Origin: an uncultured Acidobacteriaceae bacterium
Lineage (GTDB): Bacteria; Acidobacteriota; Terriglobia; Terriglobales; Acidobacteriaceae
Reading direction: 5' to 3'
DNA length: 64,000 nucleotides
Assembly (NCBI GenBank): GCA_963846245.1
Contig: CAWJVI010000014.1
Span: 100,431 to 164,430, forward strand
The notes under the pieces were generated by a model that saw only the letters and a program-made list of their open reading frames with translations, ran no database searches and was not told the origin of the DNA. Positions 26,934 through 37,169 of this stretch are shown one piece after another (the first letter of the stretch is position 1; the number at the start of each line of letters is the position of its first letter). The position numbers and the translations under genes were made by a program.

Positions 26934-28391
26934 TCAACGCGACCGCCGCAGATGCAGCAGCTGCACCCAGTGCTGCAACGTACGGGGACGGCGCTCTGGA
27001 GGCTGGTTGCCATACCACAAGATGCACGCACTCAGACCTAGCAGGACAAGCATGGTGGCGTCCAATATCCATCGCCTGGAAGCAGCTGCCGCCGCCACTC
27101 GATCAACCGGAATAACCTCAACAGCGGGCGATTTGCCGGCTTGAGCCTCCGCGATCTCGTCCGGTGCGCTTCGTTCCACCGTCGCAGCGTTCGCGGCAGC
27201 ATCCCGGCTGGCTCGCAAGCTTCCCACCACTACCATAACGTTCGTGACGAGGATCACAGCAAAGGCCAGCGCCGAGAGGAAACTCGCCTCGCTGCGGGCC
27301 GCCGCTACCTGCAGCGCCAGAACAACCGTGATCAGGCCACGCGGCATGATCCACAACATCAGCTCCCGCTCTTTTGCCTCAACGTTCCGGAATGCCAATC
27401 GGCTCACCTGCAGCGCCAGCCAGCGCGCCGCGAACAACGCACCCAGCGTTCCCATGATCAGCAGCGTGTGGCCGCGAAAACTTCCCACATCCGCAATCGC
27501 CCCAATCAGCACGAAAAAGAACGAGCGCACCAGGAAGGCCAGTTCGGAGTGAAAACTCAGCAGCGATTCCTGCGACTGTAACGACACCGACTCCTCTTCG
27601 ACTTCACGGAATCGCGGATCCATCCCGGGAAAGTTCGACAGCGTCAGCCCGAAGGCCAGCACCGCGATCAGCCCGTTCGCCCCCAGGGCCTCGGTGCCAG
27701 CGTACAGTACCAGCACAATCGAGAAGGTCATCACTTGCCAGAAGCGCGCTTCCGCCATCACCGGCAGCAGACGCGACCACAGAATTCCCGCCGCCGTGGC
27801 GAACACCACCGCCACTCCCACCTGTGTGGCCAAGCTTCGCAGAACATGCTGCGCCACCGCACCGCCCTGGCTACCCGCGCCCAGCAACAGACCCACAGTG
27901 AGCACCGCGAGCACGTCACCCCAGGAAGCTTCCAGCATCAGCGTGACCCGCACCGGCTCACGCGCCCCAAGTTGCTGCAGAACCGGCAGAACAACCGTGC
28001 TGCTGGTGCATCCGAGGACCGCCCCCACCGCCAGCGCCGTGGTGAGCGGCAATCCCAACCCCTTGTGAACGATAAGTGCAACCAGCGCGATGCTGAAGCC
28101 GTAGGCCAGCACCGCCAACAACAGACTGCCGGCAAAATGCCGCAAGGTGCGGCGCAAATCCAGATCGAGGCCGCCCTCAAACAGCACCAGGATGATGGCG
28201 AGTGTGCCCAGCACATTAGTGGTCGAGGAGAGATGCGCCGGGTCCACAAAACCCAGCACCGGACCCAGCACAAGTCCCAGCGCCATCAGCACCAGAACGT
28301 CGGGCACGCGAGTCACGCGGAAGACGCGGTTCGCCAGAAAAGCCAACATCAGCAGCGCGCCGACCAAGCCGAGGATGAGTGCGGTAGACAC
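26934..28391 (-). CDS. Cation:proton antiporter (Na+/H+ exchanger family)
   Basis: 485 aa polytopic protein. The N-terminus LANRVFRVTRVPDVLVLMALGLVLGP is typical of CPA1 exchangers. Confidence 0.8.
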   Translation of the reverse strand: MSTALILGLVGALLMLAFLANRVFRVTRVPDVLVLMALGLVLGPVLGFVDPAHLSSTTNVLGTLAIILVLFEGGLDLDLRRTLRHFAGSLLLAVLAYGFSIALVALIVHKGLGLPLTTALAVGAVLGCTSSTVVLPVLQQLGAREPVRVTLMLEASWGDVLAVLTVGLLLGAGSQGGAVAQHVLRSLATQVGVAVVFATAAGILWSRLLPVMAEARFWQVMTFSIVLVLYAGTEALGANGLIAVLAFGLTLSNFPGMDPRFREVEEESVSLQSQESLLSFHSELAFLVRSFFFVLIGAIADVGSFRGHTLLIMGTLGALFAARWLALQVSRLAFRNVEAKERELMLWIMPRGLITVVLALQVAAARSEASFLSALAFAVILVTNVMVVVGSLRASRDAAANAATVERSAPDEIAEAQAGKSPAVEVIPVDRVAAAAASRRWILDATMLVLLGLSACILWYGNQPPERRPRTLQHWVQLLHLRRSR

Positions 28392-28443
28392 TGTTGGACG
28401 GAGAGATTGAGCGCCGATTGTCGGCCGCGCGACGGCAACGAAG

Positions 28444-28517
28444 GCAAGTCAGATTTCAGATTGCAGATTGCAGAATGAAACTCTGAAATCTAAAATCTGA
28501 GATCTGAAATGACTTGC
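28444..28517. repeat. Heptad-periodic hairpin (cagattt/cagattg ... tctgaaa/tctaaaa), probable terminator of the upstream orphan gene
   Basis: gcaagtca ... tgacttgc close the stem. The arms are built of 7-nt units: cagattt cagattg cagattg cagaatg / gaaatct aaaatct gagatct gaaatga. Confidence 0.75.
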
Positions 28518-28571
28518 TATGGCAGCGAAAGCCGTTCGACCGGAATGGCCCTCCTGCCTTCGGATTGCTTC

Positions 28572-29408
28572 TCAAAAGATGACCGTGAACAAAGCCATCC
28601 CGGTGACGCCGCCGGTCCCCGCCGGAGCTCCCGGAAGACCGCCTTTCAGCGATACTCCGAAGCTGATGTCCCCGGGTCGCTGCGCAGCGATCTTACCGGC
28701 CGCATCGATAGCCGCCTTAATCGGGGCCAGGTACGGAGTAAACGTCTGCACGGTCTTTCCCGGATTACTGAAGTCGACCTTGTTCGCATTCGACAGAACA
28801 CCGCGGATCGCGCCCTCCCCTTGCTGGAAAACGTTCGCCACGTCGGATAGGTTCGGCGACTGTTTGCCGATGGTGAAAGTCATGGTCCAGTTCTCGTTAG
28901 CAGGATCGATCTTGGCGGCGAACGACATGCCCGAGATGGCGGTCTTCAACTCGAGTGAGCGATTCCAGCCCGCCGTGACCGTTACCTTCGCATCGCCCTT
29001 GCTCACCGTCGCCGTCGCCCCGGTGACTGAAATGGCTGCGCTGGCTCCATCTCCTGCCCATTTGATTTCTGTGGGTATGGAGCCGAACGCTTTCATGAGT
29101 TCCTTTAAGCGATCCAGTATCTCGGGGTCGCCGGCGCGCACGGGAGCGGCGCCGGCGTTGCCCGGAACCACGGGGCTGGGAGTGCCCTGCCAGTTCATAG
29201 GTAAAAAGCTGTGAGTTTCGGCCCATTTATGGATTTCCCAGGCGATGTCGCCGTTATCCATGTCCTTGAGTTGGTAACCTAATTCCAAGCGCGCCGACAG
29301 AATGATGTCGCGCTCGGTACGCATCCGCATGCTGTCGGTATTCTTCAATAACCAATCCTGGAGCACTTCCGCGGGAGTGATCCGCATCCGCAATGAGTTG
29401 CCGCCCAT
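28572..29408 (-). CDS. Orphan hypothetical protein, beta-rich C-terminal half
   Basis: 278 aa ORF with no recognised motif. It ends in ...GMALFTVIF. No N-terminal signal peptide is evident. Confidence 0.5.
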   Translation of the reverse strand: MGGNSLRMRITPAEVLQDWLLKNTDSMRMRTERDIILSARLELGYQLKDMDNGDIAWEIHKWAETHSFLPMNWQGTPSPVVPGNAGAAPVRAGDPEILDRLKELMKAFGSIPTEIKWAGDGASAAISVTGATATVSKGDAKVTVTAGWNRSLELKTAISGMSFAAKIDPANENWTMTFTIGKQSPNLSDVANVFQQGEGAIRGVLSNANKVDFSNPGKTVQTFTPYLAPIKAAIDAAGKIAAQRPGDISFGVSLKGGLPGAPAGTGGVTGMALFTVIF

Positions 29409-29508
29409 AACTAACTCCTCCGTGCAACTGAAGTGGGATTATCCTATCTCGCGGCTGCCAGGGCAAAGGAAAATGACGTAGGCCGTATCGATTTCGCGAG
29501 CGGCTCCC

Positions 29509-31002
29509 TCACTTCGTGGCGAGCAACCCACGGAGCTTGCGGACAGCGCCCGGAATCTCTGCAACATCGGTGCCGCCAAAACCCAGGACGAAGCCCGACC
29601 GCGTAGCCTCTCCCAGGTAGTTCGGCGAGAGAGGCCATAACCAGAGATTCTCCTGCGCGGCGCGCTGGGCAATCTCCAGATCGTTAATCTTGTTGGGCAG
29701 GGTCACGGTCAGGTGCATCCCAGCCTCACCGCCGAGCACCTCAACCATGGTCCCAAGTTCTTCGCGGATGCTATCGACCAGTGCGCTGCGGCGTTCGCGG
29801 TAGAGAACCCGCATCCTGCGGATGTGGCGGGCAAAATGCCCTTCGCCAATAAAGTCCGCCAGCACTTCCTGATAGAAGCTGGGTGGCCCAAGATCCATAG
29901 CCCAGCGGACGGTTAGAAAGGCCTCGACGAGGTCGGGCGGAATGACGATATAGCCAAGGCGCAGGGCAGGAAACAAGACTTTGCTGAACGTCCCCACATA
30001 GATCACACGAGCGCTGGCATCGAGCCCCTGCAGCGACGCGATCGGCAGACTCTCGTATCGATACTCGCTGTCGTAGTCATCTTCAATAATCCAGGATCCC
30101 GCGGACTGGGCCCACTCCAGCAGTTGAAAGCGCCGCGAAGCGCTCATGGTAACGCCAAGCGGATATTGGTGCGAGGGCGTCACCAGCGCCGCCCGCGCCT
30201 CGGGACATCGACGGATTCCCGCGGCCACATCCAGACCCTCCTCGTCAACCGGAACCGGTACAAGGTTGCAGCCATTCAGCGCGAAGGCATCCTGTGCCAG
30301 CCGGTACCCCGGCTCTTCCACCCAAACAGAACTCTCCGGATCGAGGAGAACGCGAGCTGAAATCTCCAGCGCCTGCTGCGATCCGGCGACGATCATCACC
30401 TGCTCGGCTTCGCAATGCAGTGATCGTGCCGTTCTCAAATAGCTGGCCAGGGTTTCCCGCAGAGACTTGAAGCCGGTCCGGTTGCCATATTGAAACGACT
30501 CAGCCTTCATATTTCGACAGTGGCGTGCGACCAGCTTCGACCATACCTGTAGGGGAAATTGATCGAACGCTACTTGCCCCACGCCAAATGCGCCGTGGCG
30601 CTGGAACCATGGAAACCTTTGAAACCGGCGAAGATTCGGATGACGCGCCACCTGCCGGGTTCCAGAACCCGTTGCCGCGAATTGCGCGTTCGTTGGTCCG
30701 CTCGACGTTGGTCCACTCGAGGTGAGCTGTTCTGGAAGAAGACTCGAGACGACCGTCCCGGCGCCAACCCGGCTCTCGAAATAGCCTTCCGCCAGCAGCT
30801 GGGCGTAGGCATTCAGCACCGGGAACCGCGAAACCCCCAATTCCGTCGCGAGCACTCGGGTTGACGGAATTCGCTGGCGTGGGCGGAGGCTGCCCGTAAC
30901 GATCGCGGTGCGATATGCATCATAGATTTGAGTGTGCAAGGCTTTCGCAGCCTTGCGGTCGACCGCGAGCATGGGAAGAATTCCAGAGGCTGCTCTCTTC
31001 AT
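29509..31002 (-). CDS. MocR/PdxR-type regulator (GntR HTH fused to a PLP aminotransferase-like domain)
   Basis: 497 aa with the N-terminal GntR wHTH (IPSTRVLATELGVSRFPVLNAYAQLLAEGY), a linker, and an aminotransferase fold I domain with YVGTFSKVL (PLP Lys). Confidence 0.88.
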   Translation of the reverse strand: MKRAASGILPMLAVDRKAAKALHTQIYDAYRTAIVTGSLRPRQRIPSTRVLATELGVSRFPVLNAYAQLLAEGYFESRVGAGTVVSSLLPEQLTSSGPTSSGPTNAQFAATGSGTRQVARHPNLRRFQRFPWFQRHGAFGVGQVAFDQFPLQVWSKLVARHCRNMKAESFQYGNRTGFKSLRETLASYLRTARSLHCEAEQVMIVAGSQQALEISARVLLDPESSVWVEEPGYRLAQDAFALNGCNLVPVPVDEEGLDVAAGIRRCPEARAALVTPSHQYPLGVTMSASRRFQLLEWAQSAGSWIIEDDYDSEYRYESLPIASLQGLDASARVIYVGTFSKVLFPALRLGYIVIPPDLVEAFLTVRWAMDLGPPSFYQEVLADFIGEGHFARHIRRMRVLYRERRSALVDSIREELGTMVEVLGGEAGMHLTVTLPNKINDLEIAQRAAQENLWLWPLSPNYLGEATRSGFVLGFGGTDVAEIPGAVRKLRGLLATK

Positions 31003-31141
31003 GGCGGCGGATCATAATGGCTATGTCCAAATGCCGTCAAGTGGGTATTGTGTCCGACCACTTTCAGGCCCACAATGGCACAAATGACGTCGGCATAAAT
31101 GATTCTTCCCTGCCCCTCGGAAGGAGCCGAATAGGAAACCT

Positions 31142-31591
31142 ATGGGAGTCGCAATTGTTGCAAAGAACGCACCTCAACAAACCGTGAACCTGGTAGAAAC
31201 TTTTCCTCTGTTGCAGCGGTTCACAAGTTCCAGGGAGCCGCGGATTGCCTTCAAGGTAAAAGGACGGATTCTCTTCATTAATCCCGGCGAAGTGGTCGCA
31301 GTGCAGGCTGAAGGCAATTACGTGTGGCTGCGGCTGGAATCAATTTCCCATCTGCTGCGCGAATCGCTTTCCGTCGTGGCAGAAAAGCTCGAGCCGCACG
31401 GGTTCATTCGGATTCATCGGTCTGTGCTGGTAAACGCCTCATTTGTAGAAGAGATCAGGCCTTACCCGACGGGAGAATATGGTCTCCGAGTAAAAGGCGG
31501 GAAAGAATACACGGTCACCCGCACCTACAAGAGGAATCTCAAATCCCTCGCCGCATTCTGGCTCGGCACCGGAGGTTTGTTTTCCGACTGA
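31142..31591 (+). CDS. Stand-alone LytTR DNA-binding domain protein
   Basis: 149 aa with INPGEVVAVQAEGNYVWLRL...FIRIHRSVLVN. No receiver domain. Confidence 0.8.
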   Translation: MGVAIVAKNAPQQTVNLVETFPLLQRFTSSREPRIAFKVKGRILFINPGEVVAVQAEGNYVWLRLESISHLLRESLSVVAEKLEPHGFIRIHRSVLVNASFVEEIRPYPTGEYGLRVKGGKEYTVTRTYKRNLKSLAAFWLGTGGLFSD

Positions 31592-31709
31592 CAAAACTGT
31601 GCTGCCGCATGATTCGGATTTGCGCGAACTGCCGAATCGAGTGATCATTGGTGCGGAGCAAGTTTTCTGCTCAAGTCTTCCGCCCGGGAAATAACTGAGG
31701 AAAGAACCG

Positions 31710-33812
31710 ATGCCCAGCGTCACCAGACGCTCATTCCTGCAAATGGCCGCAGCCATCGGTGCGACGGCAGCCTGGGCCGGCCCGTTTGCATCGAAGTCCA
31801 GCATCGCATGGCACGAACGCCGCGATCTTTTTCCGGAGGGCGTCGCATCCGGCGACCCCGACAGCAACAGCGTCCTGCTGTGGACCCGTCGACCGCCCGT
31901 TGACAAATCCGTTGAAAACGCAACGCGCAAGTTGGACGTCGTAAAACTGAACGTCGAAGTCGCTGAAGATGAGCAGTTCACGCGTGTCGTGGCAACGGCC
32001 GCGGCTCCGGTTTCCGCGGCATCCGACTGGACCTGCCGCGTGCTCGTTGGAGGCCTCAAGCCCAGCCGCGTGTATTGGTACCGCTTCACCGATTCCGAAG
32101 GCCTCGGCAGCCGCGTCAGGCCGCACGATCACCGCGCCCGACGTGGACGATGCCAGACCGGTTCGTTTCGTTTTTGTAAGTTGCCAGAACGCGAATCAGG
32201 GCGCGCAGAACGCCTACCGCAGGATGATTTTCGAAGACGAGCGCGCTCCCGAGGCGGAGCAGCATCGGATTCGTGCTTCACCTCGGCGATTTCATCTACG
32301 AAATCGTCTGGTATCCCGAAGACCGTCCCCAGGGAATGTACGATCGCCGCCTGCGCGACATTGTCCGCTATCCGCATGGCGAGAAGATTCGCGACTTTCA
32401 CATCCCGACCACCGTGGAAGATTATCGCGCCGTCTATCGCGGCTATCTGAGCGATCCCGATCTTCAGGACGCGCGCGCTCGCTGGGCCTTCGTCAACATG
32501 TGGGACAACCACGAATTCAGCTGGCTGGGCTGGCAGTCGCTGCAAAGGTTTGGAGGAAAGAATCTGCCGGCGCAGACCCGCAAAGTTGCGGCCAACCAGG
32601 CGTTCTTCGAATACCAGCCGGCACGGATCACGAAACCCAGCGGGCCGTCGCTCGATCGCTTCGATCCTCCGCCGGTGGTCGATGCGCCGGTCACTCGTTT
32701 TGACGAACACGGCCTCGGCCAGGAAACCAACAACCTTGCCGCCATCGGCAGCCTCAAGGGTTACCGCGCCTTGCGCTGGGGCCGGAACGTGGAGCTGATC
32801 GTCACCGACCAGCGCAGCTATCGCTCCGAGACGCCGACCGATCAGCCCGAGGCGAAGCCTCTTTCGAGCGATGACTTCCCCGAGTTCATGGCGGAAGATG
32901 CCATGGAAATCCTGGACGCGGGCCGAACCTACAACGGCGGCCAGCCGCCGGCGTCCATCCGTTTCGGAAGTGTCGAGATCGAGAACTTCTGGAAAGACCG
33001 GCCCGCTCAAACAATTCTCGGCGCTGAACAGAAAGCCTGGTTTCTCGAGCGCCTGCGCAACTCGAAAGCGACCTGGAAAATTTGGGGCAACACCACTGCC
33101 ACGCTCGACATGCGCGCCGATCTGCAGAACCTGCCGCCGGGAACTGCGAAGCCGTGGCCGGTGAAGCGGTTACGCCACTTCCCCGCTCGGAGATCACGGC
33201 ACTGCCTACGTAGAGCGCGGCGAAATTTACGATTTCGTCCAAGCCAACGGCATCACGGGCTTTGCCACGATCGCCGGAGATCGCCACAGCTTCTGGGCAG
33301 GACTCGCCGCGAAGTCTCTGCCGCCAAAAACTTTTGTGCCAGTTGGCATCGCTTTTGTGACCGGCTCTATCTCGGCGCCAGGCATAGTCGAAGCGCTGGA
33401 ACACGTGTTGCCGAAAGACCATCCCCTGCGATCACTCTATGTTGGACAAGGACCGGGCGACCACGCTCCGCAGCCCACGTTGAACTTGCTCGTCCGGCAT
33501 GGAGTGCGTTCCTGTCTCGAGTACACACAGACCGGCGATATCGCGAAGGCGCGCGCCCTGTCGAATCCTGATTTGTCGCCGCACGTTTCGTTTGTCGACA
33601 TGGGAGGCCACGGCTACTCGGTGGTTCATGCCACCAGCGAATTCATCGAGACGGAATTCGTCTGCATACCGCGCCCGCTCGAACGCAGCGACCGTCCCGA
33701 TGGAGGCGCCCTCGCTTATCGCGTTAGATCTCGCACCAGCCTTTGGAAAAACGGTGAAGCGCCAAAACTCCGGATGCAGATTCTCGAAGGCGACCCGAAA
33801 TTCTCGGTGTGA
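31710..33812 (+). pseudogene. phoD: PhoD-family alkaline phosphatase, reading frame broken three times (or three sequence errors)
   Basis: It starts with a Tat signal (RRSFLQMAAAIGATAAWA) and GVASGDPDSNSVLLWTR. The PhoD sequence then continues across four ORFs: 31710.. (frame 0), 31969.. (frame 1: GRTITAPDVDDARPVRFVFVSCQNANQG), 32273.. (frame 2: LHLGDFIYE...MWDNHEF) and 33336.. (frame 0: DRHSFWAG... to the stop at 33812). Confidence 0.8.
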
Positions 33813-33908
33813 AGCAATCGAAATGACGATTAGCGCTGCACCCCGATAGCGGTTATCATGCTGTCCGGTTCCTCGGCTCTGCCACAAACGAATTCAGGAA
33901 GATTCAAA

Positions 33909-35090
33909 ATGCTACGAAGTAACCGCATGACTGCGATTCCGCGCTGTCTGAGCATCGCACTTCTGCTTAACGTGATCTTTATGGTCGCGCCAGGATTTAT
34001 CAATCCCGCATTCGGCCAGTCTGCTCCGCCAGCACAACACACCGAACGCCCCGCTCCACCCACGCGCGACCCGAACAGTCCCGGCTATGTCACCGCAAAG
34101 GAATTGCCCGACGGCTCAGTCCCTCCCGCGAATGTGGACGGCAACTTCATCATTGGCCCGACCCATCCTGGCCCTCCGGAGATGACGATCCAGAACAGCG
34201 TCCCCAAGGGAACCGTCATTGAGTTCACCATGAACTCGACAGACAGCAAGATTTATCCCGGCATCGCGCGTGACGCCAATACCTTCGGAACCGCCGATCC
34301 CACGGACCCCGCCAAGCTCGTGGTGACCACAAGCCATCCTGCTCCCTACACACGAAAAGTGGCCGTCTATGTCCCGAACCAGTACGTCCCGGGCAGCGTG
34401 GCGCCTTTCATCGTCGGAGCCGATGGACCCGACGGCTTGCTCTTTTCCGCTCTCGACACGGTGATCGCGCAACATAAAGTCCCGGTGATGATCGCCATTT
34501 CTATTGGAAACGGAAGCGGAGACGCGCAAGGCAGTGAGCGCGGTCTTGAGTACGACACCATGTCCGGCGTCTACGCCGAGTTTGTGGAAAAAGAAGTTCT
34601 GCCTCTCGTCGAAACCCAGGCTCACGTGAAACTCACGAAGGATCCGGATGGTCGGGCAACTATGGGTGGCAGCTCCGGAGGCTCCTGCGCTCTGATCATG
34701 GCGTGGTATCACCCCGAGCTATACCACCGCGTTCTTACTTACTCCGGAACATTCATCAACCAGCAATGGCCGTACAATCGGCAAACCCCGCATGGCGCAT
34801 GGGAATTTCATGAGCACCTCATCCCCAACACGCCCGCCAAGCCGCTGCGTATCTGGATGGAAGTTGGAGACCGTGATCTTTTCAATCCCAACGTGATGCG
34901 CGACAACATGCACGATTGGGTACTCGCCAACGAGAATATGGCGAAGGTGCTCGCGGCCAAGGGCTATCACTACCAGTTTGTCTTTGCCCGCAACGCCGCC
35001 CATGTGGACCGAGCGACGAAACAGCAAACTCTTCCCGAAGCACTCGAATATCTCTGGCAGGACTACCGATCGCCGGCGGCAAAGAACTGA
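33909..35090 (+). CDS. Secreted esterase (putative esterase / enterochelin-esterase-like alpha/beta hydrolase)
   Basis: Signal peptide, then nucleophile elbow ATMGGSSGGSCA (GxSxG). The overall pattern matches the esterase D/Fes family. The start is uncertain (33858, 33909 or 33927). Confidence 0.65.
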   Translation: MLRSNRMTAIPRCLSIALLLNVIFMVAPGFINPAFGQSAPPAQHTERPAPPTRDPNSPGYVTAKELPDGSVPPANVDGNFIIGPTHPGPPEMTIQNSVPKGTVIEFTMNSTDSKIYPGIARDANTFGTADPTDPAKLVVTTSHPAPYTRKVAVYVPNQYVPGSVAPFIVGADGPDGLLFSALDTVIAQHKVPVMIAISIGNGSGDAQGSERGLEYDTMSGVYAEFVEKEVLPLVETQAHVKLTKDPDGRATMGGSSGGSCALIMAWYHPELYHRVLTYSGTFINQQWPYNRQTPHGAWEFHEHLIPNTPAKPLRIWMEVGDRDLFNPNVMRDNMHDWVLANENMAKVLAAKGYHYQFVFARNAAHVDRATKQQTLPEALEYLWQDYRSPAAKN

Positions 35091-35288
35091 TGACCGCTCC
35101 CCGCTGCACACTTCCTGGTGCAGCCGTACAGGCTATACCGGATAGACTCGTTGTTCCATGAGAGTCTAGCGTTAGAATGCGCGTCGCTAACAGTCACGAG
35201 CGTCGCTTCCACCGCGACTACTCGTGGGACAAGTTGTCGGAAGCCCGCTTTAGACCTCCACTAACCTAACTTTCCCAAGAGGCGGTCG

Positions 35289-37169
35289 ATGTCTGCAAGT
35301 AGTACAACAGGAAAAGCCATGCGACTCGGTGCCAATCGTCTCGCAGACGGCAGTTGGGAGTTTCTCCTGTGGGCCCCGAACGCTCGCTCAGTCAGCCTGC
35401 ATCTTCTGCATAGTGGCGAGTTGCTCCCGATGGCGCCTCTTGCACGTGGATATTTTCGCGCAGCCATCGAGAATCTAGAGCCCGGCTCGCGTTATTTTTT
35501 TCAGCTCGACGGCGCGCGCGAACTTCCTGATCCGGCTTCGCGGTTTCAACCTGAGGGTGTACATGGTGCGTCGGAAGTGGTTGATCTGCACCACTTCCAG
35601 TGGACCGACCAAAACTGGCAAGGTCGGAGACTGGAACGGAGCATCTTTTACGAACTCCACGTGGGGACCTACACGGCCGACGGTACATTTGACGCGCTGA
35701 TTTCTCAGATTCCGGAACTTGTCGAACTGGGCATCACGACGGTTGAGTTGATGCCGGTCGCACAATTCCCAGGCTCGCGCAATTGGGGATACGACGGGGT
35801 ATATCCTTTCGCCCCGCAGAACAGCTACGGCGGCCCGCGAATCGCTCCAGCGATTCGTGAATGCCGCCCACGAGCATGGCCTATCCGTCGCTCTCGACGT
35901 GGTCTACAACCATCTGGGGCCGGAAGGCAACTACCTTAATGCTTACGGACCATACTTCACCGATCGTTACCGTACCCCGTGGGGTCAGGCTCTAAACTTT
36001 GACGGTGCGGGCAGCGACGAAGTGAGGAGATTCTTTATCGAAAACGCATTGTACTGGCTTGAGGATTATCACTTTGACGCGCTTCGTCTGGATGCGGTGC
36101 ACGGCATTTTCGATTTCAGCGCGCGTCACTTTCTGGCAGAACTCAAGAACGCGGTCGCGGACCTGTCGAAGAAGCTGGGAAGGATGATTCATTGCATCGC
36201 CGAAAGCGATCTGAACGATTCGCGCCTCCTGCACAGTCACGAGCACGGAGGATACGACCTGGATGCCCAGTGGAGTGACGACTTTCATCACTCAGTCCAC
36301 AGATTGTTGACGGGGGAAGATCGTGGCTACTATGCGGACTTCGAAGGAATCGGTCCCCTGGCCTCCACGCTGCGAGACGGCTGGTATTACAAGGGACAGT
36401 ATTCGCACTACCGGCAACGACACCATGGCAACTCGCCCCAGGGCATAGCCGCTTCGAAGGTTGTGGTATGCAATCAGAATCACGATCAGGTGGGCAATCG
36501 CGCTGCTGGAGAGCGACTAAGCAGCCTGGTAAATTTCGAAGCACTGAAGCTCGCAGCCGGAATCACGCTGCTTTCACCGTTCGTCCCGCTACTGTTCATG
36601 GGCGAAGAGTATGGCGAAACTGCGCCATTTCAATACTTCACCAGTCATGGCGATCCGGAGTTGGTCGAGGCAGTGCGGCGGGGACGACGTGAGGAATTCG
36701 CAGCATTCGGTTGGGAAGAAGAAAAGGCCGTTCCCGATCCCCAGGATGAATCAACGTTCCGGCGCTCAAAGCCGGATCATTCCCGGAAGAGCGAGGAACC
36801 GCACCGCACGCTCTTGCGCCTCTATCAAAATTTGATTCGCACTCGTCGAGAGTATGATTTGGGAGACTCGGCCCCTCGGTCAGTCCGCGAACTCGGAGAC
36901 TCTGCCCTCTTGATCCTGCGACAAGCTGAACGGAGCCAACAGCTGATGGTGTTCAACTTCGGGAATCACCCATGCCTCTGAATTTGCCGGACATTCCGGG
37001 AACCTGGAGGATGGTAATGAACTCGGCCGATGCGTCGTGGAATGGCCCAGCACGCAATCTCCCAAACGAAATAACGCTGACCAATGGCGGCCTAAAGCTG
37101 TCTCCGTATTCGTTCATGGTTATGGAACAAGTTATGGAACAAGCGCAAGCAGGGGCTGAGGCGATATGA
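35289..37169 (+). pseudogene. treZ: Malto-oligosyltrehalose trehalohydrolase, reading frame broken twice (or two sequence errors)
   Basis: The GH13 TreZ sequence runs through three ORFs: 35289.. (to ...QNSYGGP), 35857.. (ESLQRFVNAAHEHGLSVALDVVYNHLGPEGNYL ... FNFGNHP) and 36972.. (PLNLPDIPGTWRMVMNSADASWNG...). The final stop forms an ATGA overlap with the GH57 start. Confidence 0.85.

Noticed and set aside
32105-36975. Programmed ribosomal frameshifting as an explanation for the phoD and treZ frame changes.
   Set aside because: I saw no slippery heptamer (X XXY YYZ or a CUU-UGA-type +1 site) or stimulatory structure at the junctions. Five events in two unrelated enzymes are far better explained by indels, whether real or from sequencing.
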